Shown piece by piece: positions 29,099-38,189 of a stretch of DNA of 64,000 nt (position 1 is the first letter of the stretch; each line of letters begins with the position of its first letter). The stretch is from an uncultured Candidatus Competibacteraceae bacterium (GTDB lineage: Bacteria; Bacteroidota; Bacteroidia; CAIKAF01). The DNA lies in assembly GCA_964599915.1 (NCBI GenBank), contig CAZRHR010000005.1:3145-67144 (forward strand), read 5' to 3'. The translations under genes and the position numbers were made by a program. Below the pieces are notes generated by a model. That model was not told the origin of the DNA, ran no database searches, and saw only the letters and a program-made list of their open reading frames with translations.

Positions 29099-29502
29099 GA
29101 ACCTTCGGATTTTATAGTACTATTTTGCTTTTGGGAACAAGCGGCGCCTGGGTTTTAGGTTGGATAGCTTTTCCGTTGGTTTCGTTTATTGCTGCCTACT
29201 TTTGGCGCCCATCTTGGGCATGGTTGTCTGGATTTCTGGCAGGTGGATTTGCTTGGGTTATCCTTGCTGCCGCCATAGATAGCTACACCGAAGGGGTGAT
29301 GGGAGGTAAAATCGCGTCCTTATTTTCTTTGGCGCCGAAAAGTTGGATCGCGCTCCTTTTAACCGGGCTAGTGGGGGGATTAGGTTGTAGTTTCCCATCT
29401 GTTTCTGGCAAATGGCTGTGGAAACTGCGTGAAGATCAGCGGCAAAAACAGCGGTATTCCAGGCGGCCAAGTTCTGTTTTTGGCCGCGTGATAGGAAGAT
29501 AA
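29095..29502 (+). CDS. Hypothetical membrane protein
   Basis: ATGA overlap with the acylase stop; three to four hydrophobic segments and a basic tail. Confidence 0.7.
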   Translation: MRTFGFYSTILLLGTSGAWVLGWIAFPLVSFIAAYFWRPSWAWLSGFLAGGFAWVILAAAIDSYTEGVMGGKIASLFSLAPKSWIALLLTGLVGGLGCSFPSVSGKWLWKLREDQRQKQRYSRRPSSVFGRVIGR

Positions 29503-29529
29503 ATACGAAAGACCCCCAAAGGGAAACAT

Positions 29530-31140
29530 TTACCAAGTGATGATGACCTGCCCTTGTCCGGAGTTGAATCCGCCTTGCTGGCTTGGTGAGGTTCCTGTGT
29601 TGAAGCTGCCGCCACCGGCACCTCTGCGACATTCGCCAGTATGTCCGCCGCTGGCGCCGCCGGAGTAGCCACCACCACCACCACCCTCGCAATTTCGGTT
29701 TCCGCTTCCTCCTCCCCCAAAACCTCCGAAAGTATCACTTGGCCCACCAATATTGCCACCAGTTGCCCCGAGAATTGCACCTAAGCCACCTTGGCCATAA
29801 TATCCATTTCCTCCATTGGTGAGCCAGCCTCCCCCACCTCCTCCATTGGATTGAGCGAGTCCAGCTCCTCCATTCCCTCCAGAACCACCTATCGCATTGC
29901 AGGTGCTTCCACCGCTAGAAGAAGATAACCCGTCCATGCTGTGACTGCCGTTGGTTCCATAGCCACCTCCACCACCAGCAGCAATCATTAAGTTGGATGA
30001 TGTTGGAGATGTTCCGTTGAATACAAAACTTCCTCCGCCTCCTCCGCCACAGCTACCTTCCGTTCCGCCCATTTGTCCAACAAGAATGCCTAATACTTGG
30101 CCCGCACTTACGGTAAACGTTCCCATGGTTCGAGCGCCTAAGCCTCCACCACCTGTTCCGCCGCCTCTGGCGCCGCGACAATCAATGGTGATGGTACAAA
30201 CGCCAGGAGGAACCGTCCAATATTGAATGCCGCCAGTTACGGTGACCACGCCATTTCCATACGCACTGTTGCATTGGCTTTGGCTGGGACCATTAATGCC
30301 TGTTGCACCACAAGGTGTGAAGGTGCGGTTACCTCCGGAAATACAATTGAGCACAGTGATGGTTTGCACGCTGCTGTCCACACAACCTGCGGAATTGGTG
30401 GCTACAAGTTTGGCCGTATAAGTACCGGGGTTGGCCCAAGTAACAGAGGGATTTGCACTGTTTGAAGTGGCCGGGGTACCGGAGGTAAAGGTCCAAGCGT
30501 AGGTTAGCCCAGATTGGGTTGGCGTAAAGGTAACGGCTTGCCCAAATCCTACGGTAGTTGAAGACGCGGTAAAAGTTCCAACAGGGTTGGAAGCCGTCAC
30601 GGCCAGGTTGCTATAAGAAGAGGCACCACAGTAATTTACAGACGAAACACCGATGTTTCCTGTGGTTTGGGTGAAATTGACCGTAATGGTGGTATCTGTT
30701 CCTCCTGATACAATAGTCGCTCCTGCGGGAACAAGCCATTGATAACTTGTTGCGCCGGGCACACCAGCGATGGTATAAACTTGGTTGGTGGCATTGGCGC
30801 AGACAGAAGCCGCACCAGAAACTAAACCCGGCATAGGGGGTGCTTGGGTACAGCTGCAAGACACGTCTTTCCAGCCTGAATTGGTATAAAAAATTTGTAA
30901 GCAGTCACTTGTGGTGTTGAAAACCAAAAGACCATGCGCGGGATTGGCAATGGTATTTCTTTGGGTGAGGGTCATCCTTGGAGGCAAAACGCCCCCTTGG
31001 GTAGATTGAATGTCTAGGATCGAAGAGGGGTGGGGTGGGTTTGAGGCGCCAATGGTCACGCCGTTGCTTTGTGCAAAGGTGATTGCGAATCCCGAAAAAA
31101 CTAAAAATATAGTCTTTAATACTGTGGTTAAAAATTTCAT
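29530..31140 (-). CDS. Secreted Gly-rich protein, paralog 1 (N-module + PKD-like/PKD + ALK/LTK-like glycine-rich domain)
   Basis: Signal peptide ending FAQ; ILDIQSTQGGVLPPRMT module; Ig/PKD repeats; FTPCGATGINGPSQSQCNSAY followed by poly-Gly runs. Confidence 0.8.
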   Translation of the reverse strand: MKFLTTVLKTIFLVFSGFAITFAQSNGVTIGASNPPHPSSILDIQSTQGGVLPPRMTLTQRNTIANPAHGLLVFNTTSDCLQIFYTNSGWKDVSCSCTQAPPMPGLVSGAASVCANATNQVYTIAGVPGATSYQWLVPAGATIVSGGTDTTITVNFTQTTGNIGVSSVNYCGASSYSNLAVTASNPVGTFTASSTTVGFGQAVTFTPTQSGLTYAWTFTSGTPATSNSANPSVTWANPGTYTAKLVATNSAGCVDSSVQTITVLNCISGGNRTFTPCGATGINGPSQSQCNSAYGNGVVTVTGGIQYWTVPPGVCTITIDCRGARGGGTGGGGLGARTMGTFTVSAGQVLGILVGQMGGTEGSCGGGGGGSFVFNGTSPTSSNLMIAAGGGGGYGTNGSHSMDGLSSSSGGSTCNAIGGSGGNGGAGLAQSNGGGGGGWLTNGGNGYYGQGGLGAILGATGGNIGGPSDTFGGFGGGGSGNRNCEGGGGGGYSGGASGGHTGECRRGAGGGSFNTGTSPSQQGGFNSGQGQVIITW

Positions 31141-31158
31141 TTTATAGTAGTTAGTTAT

Positions 31159-32697
31159 TTACCAAGTAAAAATAATTTGTCCGTTTCCGGTTTGGAAGCC
31201 TGATGTATTGGTTTGGTTGGTGCCGGAATTGAAGCTTCCGCCACCTCCGCCGCCCCAGCCGTTAGATGCGCCACCGCCGCCACCAGAGTATCCTCCGCCG
31301 CCCCCGCCGCCATAGTTTCCACCACCGCCACCGCCGCCAAATCCACCGCCGCCAGCGTGTTGTCCATTGCTGCCTCCAGCTCCACCATTTACGAAGGAAA
31401 ATCCTGGTCCGCCTACTGCACCGTCTCCACTAGGAACCAAGCCATTGCCAAAAAAGCCGCCGCCCCCTCGCCCTGAATTGGTTCCACCGTTATTACTTCC
31501 CCCTTGGCCTCCTGTTCCTCCTGAATTTCCCCCCGATCCCTGCCCCGTTCCTCCTGAGGTGGTGGTAGGGGCATCGCTTCCTCCAGAAAGGCCTCCACCG
31601 CCTCCACCGCCACCAGCCACCACAATGGGTTGACCTGCCAACGCTACGAAGCTTCCTCCCCCGCCCCCGGTACTTTGGCCATTATGACTTCCACTTGAAT
31701 TGTTGTTCAATCCTTGCTGTCCCACCAAAATCTGATAGGTTTGCCCTGGTGAGACATTCACCGTACCAATAATTCTAGCGCCTCGACCACCTTGCCCCGC
31801 ATTTCCATTTCCCCCTTGTGCACCGCGTACCTCCATGGTTACAGCACACACGCCTGCCGGAACGGTCCAGTTGACGATACCACCTGTATAATTGAATGTA
31901 GCGGAGCCTCCCGTTACACAATTCGATACCGTCACATTTTGGTTTACCGTTGCGGTACAACCTTGTGTGGAAATGAGGGTATGCGTAACAGCATACGTTC
32001 CGGCATTGGTCCAAGTAACCGAAGGGCTCGTGGCGCTTGAGGTGGAAGGTGTTCCACTTGCCATGGTCCAGCTATGCGTTCCTGCACTGGTATTTGGAAC
32101 CAAGGTGGTTGCCCCATTGGTGGTGGGTGTTGCCGGAGATGTGGTGAATCCCGCATCAGGCGTTTGTACTGAAATGGCTGTAGAAAAGGGGGATGCAGCG
32201 CCACAGGTATTGCTGCTGGTCACGGTGATGTTTCCTGATACCGCACCGGAGATGGAAACCGTAAGGCTGGCGGTTCCTTGACCGGAAGTGATGGTCATAC
32301 CGGACGGAACGGTCCAAGTGTATGCGCTCGCTCCTGCGATCTGAGGCGTAGTAAATACTAATCCTGTAGCACCAATACACATGCCGGTGGACGGCATTTG
32401 AATACTGCTTGAGGGCGCAGGCGCAGAAGTGCATTCGCAGGCCATGTTCACCCAATTTCCATTGATTTGGGTTTCAACACAGGATGTGGTGGTGTTATAA
32501 ATGACCAAACCTGTGGCAGGTGCCACGATGGCATTTCTTTGCGCTGTAGTAAGCCTAGGTAATAAAAAACCTCGATCAGAAAAGTCCAATTCCAATCCCG
32601 CGCTTGGGTCAGGATTGCCCGGTTGTGTTCCCATTTTTACGCCTTGGGCAAAAAGGCCGGCGCTGCAAAACAACGCAAAAAGTATATTTCTTACCAT
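31159..32697 (-). CDS. Secreted Gly-rich protein, paralog 2
   Basis: Same architecture (LELDFSDRGFLLPRLT; PKD; GGGGGG runs); ends GQIIFTW. Confidence 0.8.
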   Translation of the reverse strand: MVRNILFALFCSAGLFAQGVKMGTQPGNPDPSAGLELDFSDRGFLLPRLTTAQRNAIVAPATGLVIYNTTTSCVETQINGNWVNMACECTSAPAPSSSIQMPSTGMCIGATGLVFTTPQIAGASAYTWTVPSGMTITSGQGTASLTVSISGAVSGNITVTSSNTCGAASPFSTAISVQTPDAGFTTSPATPTTNGATTLVPNTSAGTHSWTMASGTPSTSSATSPSVTWTNAGTYAVTHTLISTQGCTATVNQNVTVSNCVTGGSATFNYTGGIVNWTVPAGVCAVTMEVRGAQGGNGNAGQGGRGARIIGTVNVSPGQTYQILVGQQGLNNNSSGSHNGQSTGGGGGSFVALAGQPIVVAGGGGGGGGLSGGSDAPTTTSGGTGQGSGGNSGGTGGQGGSNNGGTNSGRGGGGFFGNGLVPSGDGAVGGPGFSFVNGGAGGSNGQHAGGGGFGGGGGGGNYGGGGGGGYSGGGGGASNGWGGGGGGSFNSGTNQTNTSGFQTGNGQIIFTW

Positions 32698-34202
32698 GTG
32701 ATGGTTATTTGGCCATTTCCACTTTGAATTCCCGAAGCTCCGGAAGTGTTACTTCCGCTGTTAAAGCTTCCTCCACCTCCACCTCCCATGGCGGAAGGGC
32801 CTGTTCCATAAGGAACACTGCCACCACCTGAATATCCACCACCGCCGCCGCCAGAATGGGTTCCACTGGGATACCCGCCGCCGCCAAATCCACCACAAAC
32901 TCCGCTACAGGTTCCGGCAGGACTGGATAAAACGCTGGTCCATCCTTTTCCTGCGCCCGGACCCACCCCATTGCTTCCGCCGCTTCCACCGGCATTAATA
33001 TTTCCCCGGTCAAATGTGCCTGACGTAGCAGTGGTTCCATTGACGCCGGGTGCATTGGTGGGATTTCCTCCGGAGGAACAAATAGCTCCGCCCCCACCAC
33101 CGCCAGCTGCAATGAGCAGTTGATTAGATCCTTGTACATACACAAAGGAACCTCCACCTCCGCCACCGCCATTATTGGCATCGTTTGTTCCCCAGTTTTG
33201 TCCTTGTCCTCCCACGATTAGATTTAAAACGGTACCCGGCGTTACCGTAAAGGTTCCCACTTGCTGTGCACCTAGCCCTCCAGCTTGGGTGCATGGGTTG
33301 TTTTTTCCTCCTTGTGCCCCTCTGGCATCAATGGTAATGGAACATACATTGGCAGGTACCGTCCATTGAACTACGGAACCTGTAAACGAGGCGGTGTGAC
33401 TTCCTCCGGTGATACAATTGCTTACCGCAATGTTGTTGGTTACTGTGGCGGAACATCCTTGAGCTGTTACCAAAGTATGCGACACAGCATAGGTACCAGC
33501 GACAGTCCATGTAACAGATGGACTGGTGGCGCTTGAAGTTGCCGGGCTTCCACTGGCCATGGTCCAGCTGTGGCTACCTGCTGTTGTGTTTGGCACCAAG
33601 GTTCCTGCATTGTTGGTCGAGAAAGTAGTCGGCGAGGTGGTGAAACCAGCATCTGGGGTTTGTACAGAAAGGGCCACAGAATACGCCGCTGCATTTCCGC
33701 ACGCATTTCCAGCAGTTACAGTCATATTTCCTGATACCGCACCCGTAATGGAGGCCGTTATACTTGCGGTTCCTTGTCCATTGGTAATGGTCATGCCCGC
33801 AGGCACGGTCCAGGTATAGGAATTGGCACCGGCAATTTGTGGTGTAGTAAATACCAATCCTGTTGCTCCAATACACATCCCTGTAGTAGGAGATTGAATG
33901 CTTACTGAAGCGGCAGGCGGCGCCGTACATTCACAGGCCATGCTCACCCAGCCACTTGGCGTGTACATTTCAGCGCAATTACTGGTTAGGTTGTAAATCA
34001 CCAACCCCGCTTGTGGGGAAGAGATGGCATTTCTTTGTAAAACGGTCATGCGGGGAAGTAAAAGTCCTCCTTGGGTACTTTCAAGTTCAAGAATGGCGGA
34101 AGGCTGAACGCTACCCGGTGTTCCTCCAATTTTAACACCTTGTGCATTTAGCGTGAGGAGGGTTCCCACCCATCCAATTAAATAAAAGCCAACACGTCTC
34201 AT
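32691..34202 (-). CDS. Secreted Gly-rich protein, paralog 3
   Basis: Same architecture; stalk is highly similar to paralog 2; ATG at 34202; stop overlaps the next start by 7 nt. Confidence 0.8.
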   Translation of the reverse strand: MRRVGFYLIGWVGTLLTLNAQGVKIGGTPGSVQPSAILELESTQGGLLLPRMTVLQRNAISSPQAGLVIYNLTSNCAEMYTPSGWVSMACECTAPPAASVSIQSPTTGMCIGATGLVFTTPQIAGANSYTWTVPAGMTITNGQGTASITASITGAVSGNMTVTAGNACGNAAAYSVALSVQTPDAGFTTSPTTFSTNNAGTLVPNTTAGSHSWTMASGSPATSSATSPSVTWTVAGTYAVSHTLVTAQGCSATVTNNIAVSNCITGGSHTASFTGSVVQWTVPANVCSITIDARGAQGGKNNPCTQAGGLGAQQVGTFTVTPGTVLNLIVGGQGQNWGTNDANNGGGGGGGSFVYVQGSNQLLIAAGGGGGGAICSSGGNPTNAPGVNGTTATSGTFDRGNINAGGSGGSNGVGPGAGKGWTSVLSSPAGTCSGVCGGFGGGGYPSGTHSGGGGGGYSGGGSVPYGTGPSAMGGGGGGSFNSGSNTSGASGIQSGNGQITITW

Positions 34203-34378
34203 GACCAAAATATAGATTTAAGAAAGGAAAGGTACTGCCATTTCGCTCTAAACTCAAATGTTCTACCCCTTGGTTTTGATAAAAATGTCCTGTTTTCTTT
34301 CGGGACAATGTTTAACCTTTGGTTTTCTTACCTGGGTACTTTGTTTTAAAAATCAAGGGGGCGACTTACCTTTGGCCT

Positions 34379-35563
34379 GTGAAATCGCGCGGCCTTTTTA
34401 TCCTGCTTTTTACGGTTTTTATCGATCTTTTTGGGTTTGGCGTGGTGATTCCCATTTTACCCAATTATGCGACCCGTCTATCTGGTTCAGAAGTAATGGC
34501 GGGCGCCATTGTGGCCATCTATGCTTTGGCCCAATTGGTTTTTAACCCTATTTGGGGTGCGTTATCAGATAAATATGGTCGCCGACCGGTGATTCTTGCG
34601 TCCAACTTCATAAACATGTCCGGGTTCTTTTTACTTGGATTTGCAGACGACATTCCGACGCTTCTTTTTTCCCGTCTCTTAAGTGGGATTGGCTCAGGTA
34701 ATATTTCTGCTGCTCAGGCTTTTATTGCTGATATTACGCCCCCAGAAAAAAGAGCGAAAACCATGGGGCTAGTGGGCGTTGCCTTTTCCTTTGGATTTAT
34801 TTTTGGTGCGCCCATTGGTGGTCAAATCTTTTCCCATTTTGGTTTTTCATGGTTGGGCTGGGGTACCGGAATTCTTTGTGCCCTGAATCTTCTTCTATCT
34901 ATTTGGATTTTACCCGAATCCCTTAAGGAAAAAGCCAGTCACATTAAAATTGTTATTTTTCCGGTTCGGCAAATTTGGCAAACGGTTCTTCATGACCGGG
35001 GAACAGGTTTACTTTTCCTGATGGGATTTTCTTATGCGGCCTCTTTTTTCTTATTTCAGCTTGCCGCTAATTTGGCATGGGAGCAGGAAAAAGGATTAAG
35101 TATGGAAACCATTGCATGGCTTTTTTCGGTCATCGGCTTGTCTTCAGGATTAACCCAAGGTTTGGCGATAGGTCCTTTGACCAAAAGGTTTGGTGAACTG
35201 CATCTGATTCGCTTTGGGATTGGCCTTTTTATAAGTATTCTTTTGATTTATCCATGGATTCCGCAAGGTTGGATGGCGTTGGAAGTGATCCTATTGGCCG
35301 GTTTGGCCTTTGCCAATGGCTTGATCAATGCACCGGGCCTATCTTTATTAAGTCAGCGGCACGATCGGCAATCGCAAGGTCGGGTGATTGGATATTACCA
35401 GTCGGTGAGCGCCTCCGCACGTGTCGTTGGTCCTTTAACGGCCGGCCTACTTTATCAAATTTGGTTTCCTTTGCCCTTTTGGACTGCTGCCGGATTAATG
35501 AGCGTAACGCTGTTTCTGCTCCTCCGGTTTTGGGGGCATTCACCCAAAGTGGTCGCCTCTTGA
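34379..35563 (+). CDS. MFS transporter, DHA1/TetA-like subfamily
   Basis: Motif A GALSDKYGRRP, SRLLSGIGSG and motif C FSFGFIFGAPIGG; about 12 TM segments. GTG start at 34379 follows a TACCTTTG box. Confidence 0.9.
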   Translation: MKSRGLFILLFTVFIDLFGFGVVIPILPNYATRLSGSEVMAGAIVAIYALAQLVFNPIWGALSDKYGRRPVILASNFINMSGFFLLGFADDIPTLLFSRLLSGIGSGNISAAQAFIADITPPEKRAKTMGLVGVAFSFGFIFGAPIGGQIFSHFGFSWLGWGTGILCALNLLLSIWILPESLKEKASHIKIVIFPVRQIWQTVLHDRGTGLLFLMGFSYAASFFLFQLAANLAWEQEKGLSMETIAWLFSVIGLSSGLTQGLAIGPLTKRFGELHLIRFGIGLFISILLIYPWIPQGWMALEVILLAGLAFANGLINAPGLSLLSQRHDRQSQGRVIGYYQSVSASARVVGPLTAGLLYQIWFPLPFWTAAGLMSVTLFLLLRFWGHSPKVVAS

Positions 35564-35620
35564 AAGCGAAGAGGAAAAGGACAATTTGGTAAAAAAGCGA
35601 GGAATAAACTTTGTATTTGC

Positions 35621-36991
35621 TTATTTCAGCCTAGATTGGTGTGCACCGCCTGTCTCCAGTCGCATCCCACGAACGTTGGGATTTAGGTTTTCGCCGTCCC
35701 AGGCGAGTTCCCCATTCACCCACGTGTTGGTGATTTTTGCAGGGAAAACATGGCCGTCGAAGGGACTCCATTTGACCCGGCAAAGCAAGGATTCTGGGGT
35801 TACATGGGTTTCTTCCGAAAGGTCCACCGCTACTAAATCGGCATAATAGCCAGGGCGAATGAAACCTCGGTTTTTCACTTGAAACCTAAGGGCTGGATGA
35901 TGGCACATTTTTTCGACCAAAAATGGCAGGTCGCAAAATCCTTTTTGGGCCATTTCCAGCATAGCCAATAAGCCGTGCTGCACCAATGGACCTCCGGATG
36001 GGCAAGAGAAATAGGAATTGGACTTTTCTTCCCAGGTATGTGGAGCATGGTCGGTGGCGATGATGTCGATGCGGCCATCGTGCAGCGCCTGCCAAATCAT
36101 GTCGCGGTCATAGGCCGTCTTTACGGCGGGATTCCATTTTATACGGCTGCCAAGTCGGCTGTAATCTGCGTCGGTAAAATACAGGTGATGAATACAAGCT
36201 TCTGAGGTGATTTTTTTAAAATCTAGCGGCCCCGAGCTGAAAAGTTGGGTTTCTACCGCGGTAGAAATGTGTAAAATGTGGATGTGGGCATCCGTTTCTT
36301 GTGCCAATTGGACGGCCTTTTGGGACGATTTTAAACAAGCTGCATGGTTTCGAATGTGAGGATGTGCCTGAATGGGGACATTTTCCCCGTAAATGCAACG
36401 GTATTGTTGTTGACGTGCCCGAACTTCCCCTTCATCCTCACAATGCAGGGCAATGATGCCTTTGAAGCGGGAAAAAAGTTCCCTCAAAACGCCTTCGTGG
36501 TCCACCAACATGTTTCCGGTGGAGGAACCCATGAATATTTTTAACCCGCAAAAACGACTAGGGTCTGCGGCCAACACCGCTTCGAGATTTTCATTGGAGG
36601 CCCCAAGGAAAAAGGAATAGTTGGCATGGCTATCCCTTGCGGCTATGGCCATTTTTTCTTCCAGTTTTTCAGCAGAAAGGGTAGGGGGAACCACATTGGG
36701 CATTTCCATAAAAGAAGTAATGCCGCCTGCTACAGCCGCCGCAGATTCTGTTTTAATGCAACCTTTATGGGTAAGGCCGGGTTCCCGAAAATGCACTTGG
36801 TCGTCGATGAGACCGGGAAGGAGGTATTTTCCTTTGAGCGAGGTGATAGGTAAATCCGCAGGTGGAGCCTGCTGGCCCGGAACATGAAGCGCTTTTATTT
36901 TTCCGTCACGTATTTCTACGTCTAAGGTTTGAATTTTTCCTTCGTTTACAATATGGGCACCTTGGAGGTAGTGGTTAGGGAGGGTGTTCAT
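35621..36991 (-). CDS. pyrC: Dihydroorotase (amidohydrolase superfamily)
   Basis: DDQVHFREPG, EMPN, KIFMGSSTGN, KWNPAVK and ATDHAPH motifs. Confidence 0.85.
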   Translation of the reverse strand: MNTLPNHYLQGAHIVNEGKIQTLDVEIRDGKIKALHVPGQQAPPADLPITSLKGKYLLPGLIDDQVHFREPGLTHKGCIKTESAAAVAGGITSFMEMPNVVPPTLSAEKLEEKMAIAARDSHANYSFFLGASNENLEAVLAADPSRFCGLKIFMGSSTGNMLVDHEGVLRELFSRFKGIIALHCEDEGEVRARQQQYRCIYGENVPIQAHPHIRNHAACLKSSQKAVQLAQETDAHIHILHISTAVETQLFSSGPLDFKKITSEACIHHLYFTDADYSRLGSRIKWNPAVKTAYDRDMIWQALHDGRIDIIATDHAPHTWEEKSNSYFSCPSGGPLVQHGLLAMLEMAQKGFCDLPFLVEKMCHHPALRFQVKNRGFIRPGYYADLVAVDLSEETHVTPESLLCRVKWSPFDGHVFPAKITNTWVNGELAWDGENLNPNVRGMRLETGGAHQSRLK

Positions 36992-37002
36992 GACAAAGGG
37001 GT

Positions 37003-37731
37003 TCAGGTATTTTTATACGGTCGTATCGAGGAGAGTCTGAGTCGGATAACGCCTAAAATGGCTTCTCTAACAATATTGCCTGAAATTTTTGAGGTTCCTT
37101 CTTGTCGGTCGGTAAAGATGATGGGTACTTCTTTCAGTTTAAAGCCCATTTTCCAGGCGATGTACTTCATTTCAATTTGAAAGGCGTAGCCTTTGAAGCG
37201 GATGTTGTCGAAACGAATGGCTTCTAACACACGTCGGTGGTAACATTTGAAGCCTGCGGTGGCATCGCGCACCGTCATGCCGGTAATAAAGCGAACGTAA
37301 GCGGAAGCGTAATAGGAGAGGAGCACCCGGCCAATGGGCCAATTCACCACATTTACTCCCGTCACGTAACGCGAGCCGATGGCAATGTCTGCCCCATCTT
37401 TTACGGCTTGGGTGAGTTTTTCCAAATCATCCGGATTGTGGGAAAAATCGCAATCCATTTCACAGATATAGGTATATCCATGAGACAAACACCAAGAAAA
37501 TCCGGCCAAATAGGCTTTTCCAAGTCCTTCTTTACCTTGTCTTTCCAGGATAAAAAGACGGTCGGGAAAAATTTGCATTAATTCTTTTACTTTTTCCCCC
37601 GTACCATCCGGCGAACGATCATCTACAATAAGGACATGGATGCCGGAGGGCAAAGACATGACCTTCCGGATCATGCGTTCCACGTTTTCAATCTCATTGT
37701 ACGTGGGTATAACTACGATTTCTTTTGACAA
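37003..37731 (-). CDS. Polyprenol monophosphomannose synthase-like GT2 glycosyltransferase
   Basis: VIPTYNE, VDDRSPDGT, EMDCDFSHNP and DATAGFK motifs. TTG start is inferred. Confidence 0.9.
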   Translation of the reverse strand: MSKEIVVIPTYNEIENVERMIRKVMSLPSGIHVLIVDDRSPDGTGEKVKELMQIFPDRLFILERQGKEGLGKAYLAGFSWCLSHGYTYICEMDCDFSHNPDDLEKLTQAVKDGADIAIGSRYVTGVNVVNWPIGRVLLSYYASAYVRFITGMTVRDATAGFKCYHRRVLEAIRFDNIRFKGYAFQIEMKYIAWKMGFKLKEVPIIFTDRQEGTSKISGNIVREAILGVIRLRLSSIRPYKNT

Positions 37732-37793
37732 GGCGATGGGATATATTAAGTACAAATATAAACCACCACTAAAATTTGTCTTAATTTTACGCC

Positions 37794-38186
37794 ATGAAAG
37801 CCTCATATTTTTTCATTTTATTGGCATCTGCCGCCCTTAGCAGGCTTTCTGCGCAGGTGGAAGTCACCTTTGGTCCGGGCATAGAAGCCCATGTGGAGCA
37901 ATATGTGGCGACAGCCGCCAAATCTAAATCCAAAGGCTTTCGGGTTCAATTGCTTTCTTTGAACGGCCCACAGGCCAAAGATGAAGCGCAAAGGGCAAAA
38001 ACCCTTTTTCAGCGCAGCTGGCCCGACCATGCGGCGTACATGATTTGGGATTCACCCAACTGGAAATTGCGTGTAGGCGATTTTCGGACCCGACTCGACG
38101 CCACCCTCTTTTGGAAGCAGGTGTACCTTCAATTTCCTCAGGCCTATGTGGTTATGGATGAAGTGAAACCCCGGCAGGAAAAATAA
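37794..38186 (+). CDS. SPOR domain-containing protein
   Basis: Signal peptide; GFRVQL...PNWKLRVGDFRTRLDA SPOR pattern. Confidence 0.85.
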   Translation: MKASYFFILLASAALSRLSAQVEVTFGPGIEAHVEQYVATAAKSKSKGFRVQLLSLNGPQAKDEAQRAKTLFQRSWPDHAAYMIWDSPNWKLRVGDFRTRLDATLFWKQVYLQFPQAYVVMDEVKPRQEK

Positions 38187-38189
38187 GTC

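Noticed and set aside
29258-33930. Many short ORFs with odd compositions in and around the Gly-rich genes (e.g. MRGWWWWWLLRRRQRR, poly-Pro ORFs)
   Set aside because: They are alternative-frame or antisense shadows of GGN GGN GGN codon runs.
29530-34202. Gly-rich array as prophage tail-fibre genes or a DGR target
   Set aside because: The proteins have Sec signal peptides. There are no phage structural genes, integrase, reverse transcriptase or template/variable repeat pair in the window.
34379-35563. MFS as a tetracycline resistance gene
   Set aside because: It has only family-level TetA-like motifs, with no tetR and no mobile context. The substrate cannot be inferred.
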